Virus record (IMG/VR): IMGVR_UViG_2595698353_000001
Location: 78,564 to 142,563 of that record
Length of the DNA: 64,000 bases
Direction: 5' to 3' (one strand)
Origin: a virus
Taxonomy: Duplodnaviria > Heunggongvirae > Uroviricota > Caudoviricetes
Below, in pieces: positions 62,405-64,000 of this stretch (position 1 is the stretch's first letter; the number at the start of each line of letters is the position of its first letter). A model generated the notes under the pieces. It was given only the letters and a program-made list of their open reading frames with translations, ran no database searches and was not told the origin of the DNA. The translations under genes and the position numbers were made by a program.

Positions 62405-63193
62405 ATGAGCAGCATCAGGTACCCCGGAGTGGCGGGCCGGGGCGCGTCTCTGCTGAGCCGTGGTCAGGTCGACGCCCACGTGGCTGACGTCAAGGTCACC
62501 AATACATACGTCCAGGCGCGCCTGCTCGAGGGTGTGCAGGCGAACGGGACGCTGATCAGCAAGGCCGAGATGACCACAACGCTGTCGTCCTACGTCGACT
62601 CGGACCAGCGCGACACCGCGATGTCCGAGATGCTCCGGCAGGATCAGCTCGACGGCGGGTCGATCGAGCCCAGCCTCCCGGGGTACTCGGGGCTGCCCAT
62701 CAAGCTGGGGGCGGACGGCAAGCTCACCAATGCCCAGATCGGCCGCAGCCCGGTCCCGTATATGAATGCCAGCGGCCCGGGGTGGGCCAGCTCCATCCGG
62801 CAGTCGCAGCCGGTGGCGTGGACAAATCTCTCCGCCCAGTCGGGGATCGGAACCACACCGGTGCAGGTCGGAGTCACCACGATCTACGATCCCGGGTTCC
62901 CGTACGTCGTGCTCCTCACGGGCTACCTCGAGGTCAAGGCGGACGCCAGCTCGCCGGACTCCCGGCTGGACATCGAGGTGCATGCCGGTTCCGCGACCGG
63001 GCCGATCATCGCCTCCGGCTCGGCCCCTCCGGGATTCAGTGCGTACACGCCGCTCAACATCGTCCCGCAGGCGCACGAGCGCCTCCTCGGCACAGTCCAG
63101 CTGTTCGTCATGGCCCGCAAGGGATACGGCAACGGCACTTCGTCATTCAGTAATTACCAGGCGCGCTGGAACGTTCTGGCGCTCCCCGCATAG
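62405..63193 (+). CDS. Gly/Ser-rich beta-type protein, tandem paralog B (262 aa)
   Basis: Similar size and composition to flanking paralogs. Confidence 0.5.
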   Translation: MSSIRYPGVAGRGASLLSRGQVDAHVADVKVTNTYVQARLLEGVQANGTLISKAEMTTTLSSYVDSDQRDTAMSEMLRQDQLDGGSIEPSLPGYSGLPIKLGADGKLTNAQIGRSPVPYMNASGPGWASSIRQSQPVAWTNLSAQSGIGTTPVQVGVTTIYDPGFPYVVLLTGYLEVKADASSPDSRLDIEVHAGSATGPIIASGSAPPGFSAYTPLNIVPQAHERLLGTVQLFVMARKGYGNGTSSFSNYQARWNVLALPA

Positions 63194-63205
63194 AGAGTCT
63201 GCATC

Positions 63206-63988
63206 ATGCCTCCACTCCCCTATGTCGGCCCCAGCCCGATCGCCCCCAACGATGTCGCCTCCGGCAGCTATGTGGCTAAGGCCGTCGCGCGGGGCATCAA
63301 CGACACTCTCGCCAAGGCGAAGGTCGCCGCCGTCATCCAGCAGCGCGCCGACGCTGCGGCGTCGCTGCGCTCAAAGCTGTTGACCTACGTGACCAAGGCG
63401 GCGCTCCCGGGCGAGCTGGCTCCCTACTACAAGCTGTCCGACGTCGGGAAGCCCAGCGGCCTGTACCCGAAGATCCCGGCTGGCGCAACCGTCACCGACC
63501 TCGAGCACGTCCGCAACATGCCGAGGTCCAAGTGGGAGGGGCCGTACTCGCCGGAGGTCATCAACTACAGCTCGGCCCCCGCCATCGCGACCCAGACGAA
63601 CGACGTGGCGAGCTCGTTCAAGCTGTGCGAGTTCACCGTCCCGGCGCACTCCACCGGCGCGCAGAGCGTCCTGGTCGCCTTCGGCTCGTTCGAGGGGTAC
63701 GCCACCGACGGCAGCAAGCTGGGCCGCCCCGAGGTGACGGTTGTCGCCGACGGCAAGGTGGTCGGCTGGGGGGCCGCGCCGAACGGCAACGGCACCGGGC
63801 AGATGTGGCCAATCACTGTGGTGCCCGCCGTCGACACGCTGCAGGCGACTCCGGTCGCCGGGGCCACCGGACCGATCCTGGTCACCGTGTGGCTGGGGTG
63901 CTCGTTCAACAACACCTCGGTCGGGATGGGCGGCCTCCGCCACCTCACCATCTACCGGGTGCCGGTGTCCCCGTCCACCACCCCGTAG
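63206..63988 (+). CDS. MPPLxYVG-family protein, tandem paralog C (260 aa)
   Basis: MPPLPYVGPSPIAPNDVASGSYV. FGSFEG motif shared with paralog A (FGSFEARGVNSN vs FGSFEGYATDGS). Confidence 0.55.
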   Translation: MPPLPYVGPSPIAPNDVASGSYVAKAVARGINDTLAKAKVAAVIQQRADAAASLRSKLLTYVTKAALPGELAPYYKLSDVGKPSGLYPKIPAGATVTDLEHVRNMPRSKWEGPYSPEVINYSSAPAIATQTNDVASSFKLCEFTVPAHSTGAQSVLVAFGSFEGYATDGSKLGRPEVTVVADGKVVGWGAAPNGNGTGQMWPITVVPAVDTLQATPVAGATGPILVTVWLGCSFNNTSVGMGGLRHLTIYRVPVSPSTTP

Positions 63989-64000
63989 TGCCATATCCCC

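Noticed and set aside
1-64000. CRISPR arrays, rRNA, integrase/attP, repressor-cro switch, lysin A/holin cassette.
   Set aside because: No regularly spaced direct repeats and no rRNA-like segments. No tyrosine or serine recombinase motifs or endolysin catalytic motifs were recognised. The 41111 membrane protein alone is insufficient to call a holin.

Overview
High-GC, actinobacteriophage-like genome segment. Almost all genes are on the + strand, tightly packed, with many 4-nt ATGA/GTGA start-stop overlaps. I found no rRNA, tRNA, CRISPR array, integrase, or clear repressor/lysin.

Gene content, start to end:
- 1-5141: end of a tail module (Dit-like minor tail protein truncated by the window edge, a 1098-aa Tal-like protein, a fibre with phage-tail-fibre-repeat motifs), closed by a strong intrinsic terminator.
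- 5.3-54 kb: about 90 mostly small early/replication-type genes. They include a phage-encoded replisome and repair set (DnaE-type Pol III alpha, DnaQ-like exonuclease, DnaB- and DnaC-like, DnaG-like primase, RecA-like, RuvC-like, FEN/5'-3' exonuclease, Cas4/RecB-like nuclease), two HNH endonucleases, a J-domain protein, a class-III-aminotransferase-like protein, an HDAC-family deacetylase-like protein, several HTH/winged-helix proteins, a lipoprotein and small membrane proteins.
- 10157-12713: the only minus-strand block, a three-gene operon (SF2 helicase plus two small HTH proteins). It is bounded by a bidirectional terminator and a divergent region holding a long inverted repeat.
- 54.3-64 kb: a second tail-fibre-like cluster (1161-aa fibre with five tail-fibre repeats, an 858-aa HExxH protein, a GNAT-like protein, three tandem paralogs).

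The most striking signal is regulatory and repeated. At least 8 near-identical promoter units (-35 TTGCRY, 18-bp spacer, -10 TANNCT) are present, several with a dyad element ACAG-N-CTGTAG in the spacer. Each is followed by a conserved ~25-30-nt leader (...GCAAGCAACCAACCCCTCCAGGAGGA / ...CCAACACTCAAGGAG) that also precedes internal genes.

Limits: coordinates of non-ORF features are read by eye and may be off by a few nt. All protein family calls rest on motifs I recognise in the translations, not on database searches.
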